DNA of 55,791 bases, from positions 1 to 55,791 of the IMG/VR virus record IMGVR_UViG_3300027861_000003; one strand, given 5' to 3'. This document shows, in pieces, positions 19,325 through 28,240 of this stretch (its first letter is position 1; each line of letters begins with the position of its first letter). The translations under genes and the position numbers were made by a program. The notes under the pieces are model-generated. The model saw only the letters and a list, made by a program, of their open reading frames with translations. It did not search any database and had not been told where the DNA came from. This DNA is from a virus.

Positions 19325-20236
19325 TTATGCTGTAAAAGCTGCAGTATTTTGAAGTACTAGACCTCTAGCTCCGCTTCTAACATTAACACCATATGAGAAT
19401 CTTACTCCCCAATATGTTCTAGCCTTAGAAGGTTGATCTTCAACATCAAAAACAAATGCTGTTCTGATGGCCCATGAAACCGAAGTCTTATGGAAAATGA
19501 AAGCCTGAGCTGTAATAGCACCAGAAACCATTGCTGGTGTTCTTTCGATGAATAGAGGTAGGTCTAAAGCTACTCCCATTGATCCTGTTAGTTTGGCAAG
19601 ATCACCAAGTCTACTAACTGCATTACTGTTATAAAGATCAAACATAACTGGTAGATCTTCCTCTTGTCCTTCGTCAACTAAACCGTATGCCTGAGACATA
19701 TCTAATTTAGCGGCTCTAAGGATATCTTTCCCTGCATTGATATCAGTAGCATCTAACGTACTGTTAGCGTTACCTTGAATATCAGTTCCTGAAAGTTGTC
19801 TATAGTTTGTCGCTCCAATTGAACGTAAACCTGCGATAACTGCATCAGTAACATTTTCTAAAGCTTTCTTTGGTGCTGAATCTAAAAAAGCACTTTGATA
19901 AGAAAGTCTTGATGCTTCCCCATGCTTATAATAAAAATAGCCCGGAACAGTTTTATACTGATCGAAAGTTAATGTTTGTGCAGAGGCACCACCAGCTAGA
20001 TCTGATTGTTCAGAACCATCTTCTTTAGTGTCTTCTACGCCCGGCGCTTCCATTTCATGGATGTCGATTGACGTTACCCCTTGAGGGAATTGTGCTGTTC
20101 TATCTTCTGTTAATGAAAGAATAGCAGATTGTTTAATCTTTGCTTGTTCAACATCATTAACGATTAATTCTGTGTGTGTAGCGTTCTGTGACACTAACGA
20201 CGGCGCACCGCCGTCAATACTAGTAGGCTTAGCCAT
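19325..20236 (-). CDS. major capsid protein candidate
   Basis: 303 aa, immediately downstream of a scaffold-like coiled-coil gene and of the portal; position and size only. Confidence 0.55.
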   Translation of the reverse strand: MAKPTSIDGGAPSLVSQNATHTELIVNDVEQAKIKQSAILSLTEDRTAQFPQGVTSIDIHEMEAPGVEDTKEDGSEQSDLAGGASAQTLTFDQYKTVPGYFYYKHGEASRLSYQSAFLDSAPKKALENVTDAVIAGLRSIGATNYRQLSGTDIQGNANSTLDATDINAGKDILRAAKLDMSQAYGLVDEGQEEDLPVMFDLYNSNAVSRLGDLAKLTGSMGVALDLPLFIERTPAMVSGAITAQAFIFHKTSVSWAIRTAFVFDVEDQPSKARTYWGVRFSYGVNVRSGARGLVLQNTAAFTA

Positions 20237-20249
20237 AATTTAAAATCCT

Positions 20250-20849
20250 TTAACTGTTTTTTAGCGCAAGTTGTTGCGATAGTGTTAGTTTACTCATGTC
20301 GGTATCGTCGCTCCCATCAGGTGCTTTATCGTTTATTGATTCCGGTGTTGGGGCTTGGAAAAAATAAGGTTTACTTGCTTTGAATTTATTTACAACGGTT
20401 TGTACAGATTTGATGTTAACCACACTATTCTCATCTACCTGTATTAAATCTTTGTCTATAAAATTAAGTAAGTCGCGGTCATCAACCATTCCTTCTTTTC
20501 TCGCTAGATCCCAAGCTGCGGATAGCTTTGTTCGATCTAAATCTCGTTTATCTCGTTCTTGTAATGTTGTAGTAAACTTGTTTTCTAGTTCAGCAAATTT
20601 CTGCTGAGCCTCTGCAAGTTGTGACTCTAAAACCTCTTGATACTTAGTTGGATCGATATTCTTTTCTGTTTCTCTTTGTGCTTTCTGTAATTCAGCAAGC
20701 TGAGTTCTAAGAGCATCGTTCTCTTCTTTACGTTTAGCAACGGTCTTCATCGCTTTATCGTAAGTTTCAAATTTTACAGTCTGTTCTTTTTCTTCTTGTA
20801 CTTCTTCGATCTCTGGTTGTTCTTGTTCTTGTTCTGATAATTCAGCCAT
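20250..20849 (-). CDS. scaffolding protein candidate
   Basis: 199 aa, acidic Glu/Gln/Lys-rich helical protein between the portal block and the capsid gene. Confidence 0.55.
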   Translation of the reverse strand: MAELSEQEQEQPEIEEVQEEKEQTVKFETYDKAMKTVAKRKEENDALRTQLAELQKAQRETEKNIDPTKYQEVLESQLAEAQQKFAELENKFTTTLQERDKRDLDRTKLSAAWDLARKEGMVDDRDLLNFIDKDLIQVDENSVVNIKSVQTVVNKFKASKPYFFQAPTPESINDKAPDGSDDTDMSKLTLSQQLALKNS

Positions 20850-20860
20850 CAGCTAATCTC

Positions 20861-21331
20861 CTAACTAAAGGTTCGCTTTATTGCATCCCTTATAATGTTT
20901 TTTATAATCTTTGTACGGCGCTTAGTCCATCCAATGATTGGTCTTTTCTTTTTCGCCAAGCCATATGGCCCAACTTCATCATTTAATATTTTAATTTTCT
21001 TTCTAGCGTCCGATGTACTAGGTCCGATTTTGACGGTATTACCATCTTTACTTGGTTTGATTTCTTGTATTAGCTTATTGCTGTATTTAAATCTAGGTTT
21101 AGTACTTTTACCGTCTCTTTTATATTTCTTCTGTGTCTTCTTGGTAAGAGCTGGTGCTTTCTTTAAACCACCTTTACCATCGGTAATCTTACCCTGAGTC
21201 ATTTGTAGCTTAAGATCTCTACTTATGTTATTCCCTATCTTCTCGGAAACTTCACTACTTTGTAATGTACTAACCAACTTTATTTTAAACTTAAGTATTG
21301 CTTTATCTAAATCTTTTAATTTAATTGTCAA
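20861..21331 (-). CDS. hypothetical basic head-module protein
   Basis: 156 aa, Lys/Arg-rich; overlaps the upstream gene by 4 nt. Confidence 0.5.
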   Translation of the reverse strand: MTIKLKDLDKAILKFKIKLVSTLQSSEVSEKIGNNISRDLKLQMTQGKITDGKGGLKKAPALTKKTQKKYKRDGKSTKPRFKYSNKLIQEIKPSKDGNTVKIGPSTSDARKKIKILNDEVGPYGLAKKKRPIIGWTKRRTKIIKNIIRDAIKRTFS

Positions 21332-21828
21332 AATATACTCGCTAAAAAAGCCGCCCCTAATGCTAGAAAAATTCCAGTGCTATTACCGCTAGGTACTAAA
21401 GAAAGTATCTGATCCCTCTCATTAGGCGTAACGCCCATTGGATCTCTCTTTGGTTGAGTAAAGTCTCCTTTACGACCATGACCTTCTATTACATACTGCG
21501 CACGTTGATTCTCTTCCGAACCATTCCTAAATCCAACTGTTATATCAGATCCCTTGGATAACTCTGGTAAGTATGTCATCGCATTCATCATACGATCATT
21601 AAATACCAAATCAACTTTATCTGTCTTTCCTGCACTTTTGAAATGCTTACTTTTTTTGTAACTTGTGTTATATGGAGCGAATGAATCTCCGTTTTTATCT
21701 TTACCGGCGGCTGTTCTAGTCTGAATTGTATTAACCAATTCCTTACCTATAGCGCTTCTCTGAGTTTCATTCAATCCCTCAAATCTGGTATTGCTAAGTG
21801 TAAATGTTATGTGCCTAGGCGTCGCCAT
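21328..21828 (-). CDS. hypothetical head-morphogenesis protein
   Basis: 166 aa directly after the portal (14-nt overlap). Confidence 0.5.
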   Translation of the reverse strand: MATPRHITFTLSNTRFEGLNETQRSAIGKELVNTIQTRTAAGKDKNGDSFAPYNTSYKKSKHFKSAGKTDKVDLVFNDRMMNAMTYLPELSKGSDITVGFRNGSEENQRAQYVIEGHGRKGDFTQPKRDPMGVTPNERDQILSLVPSGNSTGIFLALGAAFLASIF

Positions 21829-23224
21829 CTGTATTCTCTACAGTTTCGTCAATAACTTCTTCATCACTGACTGATCCCTCTTCTTTTTTGGATGCCTTAG
21901 ATAAAACTTCAACTTGTTCATCTGTATATTCAGGATTAACATCACGAATCATCTTCTCTTTGGTAGTTATACCCAGATCAAATTCTTTCTTCGCGTTATC
22001 TAACCTAGTACTCTTAGCTGTAAAGTCTCTACTGTCAGCATATTCAATTCTAAGATTACCATCTTCAACTAGCTCACTTTTATCTTTAAATGTAGCCTTA
22101 AATAGATTATTATATCTGATAAACTTTCTTAATAACTTATTCTCAAACCCACCAAATAAAGTCTTCTGTTTTTCCCAAATGGCCGTAAGATCAAACATAT
22201 CCATATCCATCGCACCAGTACTCATTGGTCTTTCACTCGGCTGTTGTATCTTAAGTTGCGCGCCTCTAGCTAAAAAGAATGCAATTACGTTCTTCTGGTT
22301 AAAATCGAAACCACTCTCATAATCAACTTCTGTAAAGATAGTCTCTATCGTCGGTTCTTTACCATTATCACTGCGTCTAGTCTTAGCTTCAATAATTGTA
22401 TCAACATTAAAGTCTAACTCTTGACCCTCGGGCAACTGCATATTCTTAGCAATTCGCGCAGGATGATTCATATACTTAAATGTAAAATTAAGATCAGCAA
22501 TGTTAGTGTTGTAAACTTTAGTAAGTAACAACAACTCTACATCAGGATCACCCTTCAAACCAAACAAACTCGTCTGAGCATATTGTCCGGGCAATTCACC
22601 CATAGGATTCTTACGAATCTGAACACTATCTACATCCAAATTCCCAGCACGAACTTTATAGCTCGCAATGCTATCTTTATCGACTGATTCACGTAAAGCA
22701 TAAGTTCCCTTCGCATCGCTAGATACTCCAAGATACTTAATAATAACATCAGGAACATTAGGCTCCTTAGAACCAACTTTACTATAAGCCTCAAACTCAT
22801 TGCCACGAAAAATTCTTATCGACGGACCTTGAATCTCATCAGAAGTATAAGGCTCGGCATAAATACAACAATGTGCATTTAAAACATTCTGACCATTGAT
22901 CATCTTGTTATGCCACTCGCAAGCTTTTAACTTCTCATTTAAACTTTTCGTATTAGCTTTATTTTGTAAATAATAACTCGGCTCTACCGCATGAGTATTA
23001 CTAACCTTATTTACATATGTACTGACATAGTTAGTAGGTGTCTTACGCTCACTAACTCGTTCTTTACTCTTTGGATATTCCGCTGCAATTCTTTCGTCAA
23101 GCCAATTACTAAGGCCCTTTTCGAACACAACTTCCGACATTACATTGTGGTTCTTAAGATAAGCTCTAGTAGTTCTATCTTCCGAATGCTCTACATGTAA
23201 TTTAATATCGTTAATATTTAACAT
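21815..23224 (-). CDS. portal protein candidate
   Basis: 469 aa directly downstream of the large terminase; acidic C-terminus. Confidence 0.65.
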   Translation of the reverse strand: MLNINDIKLHVEHSEDRTTRAYLKNHNVMSEVVFEKGLSNWLDERIAAEYPKSKERVSERKTPTNYVSTYVNKVSNTHAVEPSYYLQNKANTKSLNEKLKACEWHNKMINGQNVLNAHCCIYAEPYTSDEIQGPSIRIFRGNEFEAYSKVGSKEPNVPDVIIKYLGVSSDAKGTYALRESVDKDSIASYKVRAGNLDVDSVQIRKNPMGELPGQYAQTSLFGLKGDPDVELLLLTKVYNTNIADLNFTFKYMNHPARIAKNMQLPEGQELDFNVDTIIEAKTRRSDNGKEPTIETIFTEVDYESGFDFNQKNVIAFFLARGAQLKIQQPSERPMSTGAMDMDMFDLTAIWEKQKTLFGGFENKLLRKFIRYNNLFKATFKDKSELVEDGNLRIEYADSRDFTAKSTRLDNAKKEFDLGITTKEKMIRDVNPEYTDEQVEVLSKASKKEEGSVSDEEVIDETVENTDGDA

Positions 23225-23231
23225 ATTATCC

Positions 23232-24677
23232 TTAGTGTATTCTTACGTTTGGTTCATTCGCGGTATCTGTTGGCTCTATAAACCATGTCAAATAACCAAG
23301 AACAACAGAAGCATGGTAAAGCTTACCTTCCTTCTTATCTTCCATTTCATCCATACTGGCGACTTCAAGCTCAGTAACTAGAGTAGGACATTCCTCTGGA
23401 TCGATTTCAATTCTGTCCTGTTTGAACCACCTGTTAACATTGTTAACGCGATTCTTATAAAACGGGTTACTGGTATCTTCTAAATTCAATCCAGCAGCTT
23501 CTATATAATCCCAATCTGTAAAGGGCTTAGTTGATTGATTACCACCAGTGCTATCAGACACAACACTATGCCAAGACCAGTGTTCAAAACCGCGCTCTTT
23601 TAAATAATTAAATACCATCTCAGAAGCCATTTCACTATCATGATTTGGTAACTGATGCTCCTTATATATATGAAGCTTTCCATTGTAGTATTGGCCTAGT
23701 AATATCGTATATGGTGTTCTGTTAAAATCCATACCAACAAATATCTGACCAAACTTCTTCTGAGGAAAATCAGGCTTAGCTTTCAAATGTACTTTATTCT
23801 TAAACGACCTATAAGCCGAGCTTGTTCCTATATCCACCCATTGTGAGAAAACTTCCGCCCTTGCCTCTGGTGTTATACTTTCTGGAACAAATACTTCTTC
23901 TATATCTTTTAAAATCTTTAATGCTTTTTTGTCGTCGAATGCTGAATATTCCCAATATATCTCTATTAGCTTTTGAAGCTGCTCAATGCTACTCGTAGTC
24001 TTAAGTCGCATCATATACGTATTTAAGCACTGATCGATCATTAGATTTAGAGCATTATCCCTATAACAATTATCGAACAGTGTAGGTGCAATTATTTGTA
24101 AACTTTTACGTTTAACATTTGGCCCATACATCTTATACAAATGATTTTTCTTCGTATAAGGAAATGAACTAATAACCCTCAATAGCGGCTTCTCACCAAG
24201 GTTAGTTCTCTGTCTCATCTTCAACCAACAATCAGGATGACAAATCAGCGCCTCTTCCATTATGCTCGCATGTACCCTGAAACCTCGGATCTCTCCTCTC
24301 TTCTCACTGGTACGAAGATATATATTATGTTTAATCTCAGTTCCGTCTTCACGAGTCTGAGTTACAACAAACTTCTTACTATTAAAAGTTCTGTGATACG
24401 ACATATTGTATCTATCAAAACTTGCCTCGATATCAGAACAAATAGTATCGTTCATGGTAGTTACTGTACTACATAGAACCAGCATATGAACGCCATGCCC
24501 AACTCGGGTAGGATGATTGATATGCTTATTATTCTGTAAATAATGAGCAACCCATTCACCTAAAACAAAAGATTTACCAGCACCCATCGAAGCCAGCATT
24601 GCCACTTCTTTAACTTCGCTCTGTAAAAAATCTAATTGTTTTTTATAATAATTTATCAAGTTATGCCTCGTCGGCAA
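23232..24677 (-). CDS. terL: terminase large subunit
   Basis: 481 aa; Walker A MGAGKSF near the N-terminus, downstream acidic nuclease-type region; position before the portal. Confidence 0.85.
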   Translation of the reverse strand: MPTRHNLINYYKKQLDFLQSEVKEVAMLASMGAGKSFVLGEWVAHYLQNNKHINHPTRVGHGVHMLVLCSTVTTMNDTICSDIEASFDRYNMSYHRTFNSKKFVVTQTREDGTEIKHNIYLRTSEKRGEIRGFRVHASIMEEALICHPDCWLKMRQRTNLGEKPLLRVISSFPYTKKNHLYKMYGPNVKRKSLQIIAPTLFDNCYRDNALNLMIDQCLNTYMMRLKTTSSIEQLQKLIEIYWEYSAFDDKKALKILKDIEEVFVPESITPEARAEVFSQWVDIGTSSAYRSFKNKVHLKAKPDFPQKKFGQIFVGMDFNRTPYTILLGQYYNGKLHIYKEHQLPNHDSEMASEMVFNYLKERGFEHWSWHSVVSDSTGGNQSTKPFTDWDYIEAAGLNLEDTSNPFYKNRVNNVNRWFKQDRIEIDPEECPTLVTELEVASMDEMEDKKEGKLYHASVVLGYLTWFIEPTDTANEPNVRIH

Positions 24678-25056
24678 TACTCAATGGTTTCCTTTTTGCT
24701 TCTTTGAGTTCAGCTTTGAGTTTTTGTGCTTCCATACGTAATTTATTAACTTCCATAACCATAGCAGTAGCGATAGTGTTGTCGGTTTTTACAATCTCAC
24801 TCTTAACTGAGTTATGCTTACTGGCGTAATATGGAGCGATGGTCTTCATAAGAGCAATCGCCTGATCAATCGATAAATTATCATTATCAATCTTTCTCTT
24901 CAAATTAACAATTACTTTCTCAAGAAACATAGAAACCCCGTCGCCAGAATTAATATCTCTCTCATATACTTGATCAAAAGCTTCTGTAAAGATAGATGAC
25001 TTATTACGACTACCTTTCTTTCTACCACCAGCTTTATTGCCTTTTTCAAATGCCAT
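24661..25056 (-). CDS. terminase small subunit candidate
   Basis: 131 aa; basic N-terminus GNKAGGRKKGSRNK, coiled-coil C-terminus; overlaps the terL start. Confidence 0.45.
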   Translation of the reverse strand: MAFEKGNKAGGRKKGSRNKSSIFTEAFDQVYERDINSGDGVSMFLEKVIVNLKRKIDNDNLSIDQAIALMKTIAPYYASKHNSVKSEIVKTDNTIATAMVMEVNKLRMEAQKLKAELKEAKRKPLSIADEA

Positions 25057-25451
25057 TATTTCTTCCTCATACTTACAACTTTTTCAACCATTCTGAAACC
25101 ACCATAGCCCGGAACAAATACGTTGGTCAAGCTCTGCATTGCCTGTGGTATTTCAATTCCTATAATACTCATAGTCACTGTACTAACCACTAAAAGTATT
25201 GCACTCATAGGTCTCCAATTAGCAGCGAGCCAATGATGACTAGATAGCTCAGCTAACCTAACAGTATTCTCAAGCTCAGTCACCTTCATTTGATAATCAA
25301 TTATCTTGGTGTTTACTTCGGCTTGGATCTCAGCAAATTTATTTCTTAATACTAATTTTTCTTCATCGCTTGTATGTAAATTATCTACAAGATCTGCGGC
25401 TGGTTTAAATATACCAGAGATGAAATTTGCAATGCCGCTAAATATACTCAT
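25056..25451 (-). CDS. holin-like membrane protein (GTA-type 3-TM holin family candidate)
   Basis: 131 aa; N-terminal amphipathic segment, DNLHTSDEEKL, coiled coil, then WLAANWRP plus hydrophobic helices, as in the GTA_holin_3TM family. Confidence 0.5.
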   Translation of the reverse strand: MSIFSGIANFISGIFKPAADLVDNLHTSDEEKLVLRNKFAEIQAEVNTKIIDYQMKVTELENTVRLAELSSHHWLAANWRPMSAILLVVSTVTMSIIGIEIPQAMQSLTNVFVPGYGGFRMVEKVVSMRKK

Positions 25452-25648
25452 TCTATAACCTTGTATTTTCCTAACAATTCGTCTGCATATAAATCAATCG
25501 AAGTCATAAACTCACTGTCAACCACAAAATAATCACAGTCAACTAAATAAGCGTATGGACCAGTTTTTGCGTCAAAATACTGAATCTCTTCATATACATC
25601 AACACTAGAGAACTTCTGCCTAGTCAGCATAGCCTCTATAAAATTCAT
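25448..25648 (-). CDS. hypothetical protein
   Basis: 66-aa ORF, ATGA overlap with both neighbours. Confidence 0.5.
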   Translation of the reverse strand: MNFIEAMLTRQKFSSVDVYEEIQYFDAKTGPYAYLVDCDYFVVDSEFMTSIDLYADELLGKYKVIE

Positions 25649-25794
25649 TTAATTATCTTCGCTTTGTTTTTGATTCTACTAAGATAAGCTTTCGCTTCTT
25701 CGAAGCTTTTAAAGCGAGGCCCGTTAATAAACACGCCGTTATCATCTGTAATAAAATATTCATCATTAAACCTTTTTAGTTTACGTATTTTCAT
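25645..25794 (-). CDS. small hypothetical protein (49 aa, below the ORF-track cutoff)
   Basis: Hand translation MKIRKLKRFNDEYFITDDNGVFINGPRFKSFEEAKAYLSRIKNKAKIIK; fills the gap between 25648 and 25791 with coupled start and stop. Confidence 0.4.
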   Translation of the reverse strand: MKIRKLKRFNDEYFITDDNGVFINGPRFKSFEEAKAYLSRIKNKAKIIK

Positions 25795-26198
25795 TTAAGC
25801 TCCACATGCGGATAGTCTTTAAAACTTTTCCAATCCGCACCACATGCAATTTCCAAGCCATATACAGAAGCTACTACTTTCACCAAAGTTACCATCTCTT
25901 CAAAGGCTTCTATGTCATTCCAATCAATACCTTTTAGCTCGGCATTATAAGGAGCGATATCAACAGCATGAGAAAGAGGTAGAACATTATGTTTACTAGA
26001 AGGAAATTTAAGTCTACTAAAACCTTGTTCAACCAATCTATTTTGTTCTTCCATTCCACGATGACCACTCAATACGCTTATGTTCATCCACTTAGAGACT
26101 TGTTCAACCACATGAGCGAGATCGTTATCCACTGTCGCCAGTTTCCGCCTAGATGAAGCCCCTAGTGAACTCTTAGAACCATCTAAACGATATGTCAT
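25791..26198 (-). CDS. peptidase M15 (VanY / L-Ala-D-Glu peptidase-type) endolysin
   Basis: 135 aa; SGHRG...SKH...HAVDIAP...DYPHVE matches the Zn-binding H-x6-D...H layout of M15 cell-wall peptidases. Confidence 0.7.
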   Translation of the reverse strand: MTYRLDGSKSSLGASSRRKLATVDNDLAHVVEQVSKWMNISVLSGHRGMEEQNRLVEQGFSRLKFPSSKHNVLPLSHAVDIAPYNAELKGIDWNDIEAFEEMVTLVKVVASVYGLEIACGADWKSFKDYPHVELK

Positions 26199-26602
26199 GT
26201 ACGTTTCTTCCCTTTGAACCTAGCGCTGTTCTCAGCGCCTGTTTTGACCTTGTGAGCCTCTTTGCTTACAATTTGGTAATTATCTGTATTTAAGCAACGC
26301 GATACAATGCCGTTCCAATCGTTCTCATTTTCGTCTAGAGATATAATTGGTTCGACATGATCGCATTGTGTATCTTTTCTTTTTACTTCTTCGCCTGATA
26401 ATGCACATTTATATGTACCATAGCTAACACGCGCTTTGTGGTATGTTCCTTCTTTGAAATATGCAAACACACTTCTCAGGACACTGACCACGAATTTACG
26501 AAAGGCCTTGGGGTCGTCAATCATAGGATTGTCCATACCCTTGAATTCTTTAGGAGGGTGTATGATTATCTTGCCCTTCTCATATCGAATTCTGGTTGTC
26601 AT
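26195..26602 (-). CDS. HNH endonuclease (packaging-associated)
   Basis: 135 aa; C..SGE...CDHVEPI...N...VSKEAHKVKT is a beta-beta-alpha-Me HNH motif; first gene of the late operon. Confidence 0.7.
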   Translation of the reverse strand: MTTRIRYEKGKIIIHPPKEFKGMDNPMIDDPKAFRKFVVSVLRSVFAYFKEGTYHKARVSYGTYKCALSGEEVKRKDTQCDHVEPIISLDENENDWNGIVSRCLNTDNYQIVSKEAHKVKTGAENSARFKGKKRT

Positions 26603-26689
26603 AAAAACTTTAATCTCTTTCGGTAGTTTAGTCTTTTTTCTATTTGGTGACTCTTCGAACCAATAAAAGGTTTCCCTTACTATACTAAT

Positions 26690-27220
26690 GGGAAGTTACG
26701 GTGGCGCTTTTCGTGATTTCAGGTACTTAGGTCATTGAAAATTTTTTTGGTGTGTGTGTCCCCGAGAGGATTTACCAGTAGCTTCGTATATCCCCCCCGA
26801 GCTAAGTGCCTGTTATCATTGACTTTTCATGTTGGCCGAGCTCTTGCATATCAAGCTTCATGCCGCTTGTAAGGTACTGTTATTACATAGCATGGCATGG
26901 ATCTTGCATAATATAAAGAACTTACGCATCATAGTAATATCAAGTACTTACAGGCGATATGGGGGTAGCTAAGTGCTTGATATTACATAAAGGGCCTGTT
27001 ATTTGATAGATAAGTAGTAGTTATCTATCAGGCTACAGGGGCTATATAAGGGCCTCTATTGGGCTTCTGAGACGTTCTATGCTGTGTGTGTAGCCTAACA
27101 GGTCACTTATAATGGGGGTAGCTTAGCGGCTCTCTGAGGGGCTTATATAGGACGTTAGTATATAGGTCAATGATTACAGGTACTTATAACCTATGTATGG
27201 TGGCCTATGATCGGTGTTAT
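26690..27220. other. Non-coding, relatively GC-rich field of dispersed degenerate repeats upstream of the late operon (cos/pac or regulatory region candidate)
   Basis: Recurring ATGGGGGTAGCT(A/T)AG (26965, 27112), GGGCCT(C/G)T(T/A)ATT, GTGCCTGTTATC, GGTACTGTTATTAC, GGGGCT(T)ATATA(A)GG; no credible ORF. Confidence 0.5.
27005..27029 (+). promoter_or_regulatory. Conserved cassette palindrome, isolated copy (H7) inside the non-coding field
   Basis: gatagataa-gtagtag-ttatctatc; perfect 9-bp arms; the only copy not followed by an SD and ORF. Confidence 0.75.
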
Positions 27221-27416
27221 TATGGGGCGTCTATTATGGGGCGTCTATTATGGGGCGTCTATTATGGGGCGTCTATTATGGGGCGTCTATTATGGGGCGT
27301 CTATTATGGGGCGTCTAGTATGGGGCGTCTATTATGGGGCGTCTATTATGGGGCGTCTATTATGGGGCGTCTATTATGGGGCGTCTATTATGGGGCGTCT
27401 ATTATGGGGCGTCTAT
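27221..27416. repeat. Tandem array: 14 head-to-tail copies of the 14-bp unit TATGGGGCGTCTAT
   Basis: Units start at 27221+14k (k=0..13); only one substitution (T>G at 27318). Confidence 0.95.
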
Positions 27417-27420
27417 TACC

Positions 27421-27447
27421 ATAAAAAAGACCTCAAAAAGAGGCCCT
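27421..27447 (-). terminator. Rho-independent terminator for the minus-strand AT-rich island
   Basis: Minus strand: GGCCTC-TTTTT-GAGGTC followed by TTTTTTAT, 27 nt after the stop at 27474. Confidence 0.65.
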
Positions 27448-27473
27448 AATTATTCCTTAAATTTTAATTTAGT

Positions 27474-27698
27474 TTAATATAGATTATTGACTCTTTTTCT
27501 AACTTCTATGCTAACACCGCTTTTTACTTTTTTGTTTTTAAAATCGACCTTAATTATATTTTTACTTTTTGTTATCGTATGCCTTTTTTGTTCATAAAAA
27601 TCTGCCATGAATTTTATATTATTTTTATCTTGATCTGTATAATTTCCATTTCCCATTGATGTCATTTTTTCCATAGAATTTAGATTTTTTGCGTTCAT
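27474..27698 (-). CDS. hypothetical protein (AT-rich island)
   Basis: 74-aa ORF, Asn/Lys-rich; last gene before the terminator. Confidence 0.5.
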   Translation of the reverse strand: MNAKNLNSMEKMTSMGNGNYTDQDKNNIKFMADFYEQKRHTITKSKNIIKVDFKNKKVKSGVSIEVRKRVNNLY

Positions 27699-27723
27699 TT
27701 ATTATCCTTTGTTTATATGTTAT

Positions 27724-27875
27724 TATTCAGCATAAACATTTTTCATTGTCGTTAAATATGCAGTGGCTAAAATCTTTTCACTTTTCGTTAGATCTTTAAT
27801 CTTTTTATTTTTTAAAATTTTTGCTACTTCGACTTGAGCTAGAATTAAAATTATTTTTCTTTTTTCACTACTCAT
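27724..27875 (-). CDS. small hypothetical protein (50 aa, below the ORF-track cutoff)
   Basis: Hand translation MSSEKRKIILILAQVEVAKILKNKKIKDLTKSEKILATAYLTTMKNVYAE; GAGGA SD 6 nt upstream. Confidence 0.4.
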
Positions 27876-27992
27876 GTTTTCCTCGCTTGTTTAACTAAAA
27901 TTATCTTAACTTATTTTTCGTTTTAATTCAAGTTTTTGTGGTAAATGATTTCATATACTTAAAAATAAAATTAAATTATGACCTAATATCAA

Positions 27993-28115
27993 TTACTTAT
28001 CTAGATACATATTATAAGAATGATTTATGGTTTTTAGTTTCACTGGTTTTTCTCTTTTTGGAAAGCTACAAAACCCTAGAGAAACCATAAAAATAAGAAC
28101 TAATAATTTTCGCAT
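27993..28115 (-). CDS. small secreted or membrane peptide (40 aa, below the ORF-track cutoff)
   Basis: Hand translation MRKLLVLIFMVSLGFCSFPKREKPVKLKTINHSYNMYLDK; signal-peptide-like N-terminus with Cys16; AAGGAG SD 7 nt upstream. Confidence 0.4.
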   Translation of the reverse strand: MRKLLVLIFMVSLGFCSFPKREKPVKLKTINHSYNMYLDK

Positions 28116-28141
28116 AAAAAAGCTCCTTTTGAAGTTGTCTA

Positions 28142-28170
28142 ATATTATCGTGTTTTTGTTATTTTTACAA
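28142..28170 (-). promoter_or_regulatory. sigma70-like promoter (minus strand)
   Basis: Minus strand TTGTAA-17 nt-TAATAT upstream of the 27993-28115 ORF. Confidence 0.4.
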
Positions 28171-28240
28171 ATTCGATAACTTAGTTAAACTTACAAAGGG
28201 AGCTGATGCCTACTTTTTATGGCATTTTACCTATTTTCTC

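Noticed and set aside
12929-24476. Plus-strand ORFs within the virion operon (e.g. 12929-13336, 13892-14140, 15865-16047, 16297-16692, 17753-17947, 18429-18635, 20380-20607, 20895-21197, 21888-22322, 22991-23200, 24237-24476)
   Set aside because: All are antisense to longer, tightly coupled minus-strand genes, and none has an SD or promoter context.
27221-27416. CRISPR array or type III toxin-antitoxin (ToxI-like) RNA repeat
   Set aside because: The units are contiguous with no spacers and are only 14 nt long (ToxI-type repeats are about 34-36 nt). No cas gene or ToxN/AbiEii-like gene is adjacent.
27170-27449. Track ORFs 27170-27424 and 27207-27449 (GASIMGRLLWGVYY repeats)
   Set aside because: They are translations of the 14-bp tandem array. 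Because 14 is not a multiple of 3, every frame reads the same 14-aa repeat. There is no SD, and neither has a codon-usage or gene-context argument in its favour.
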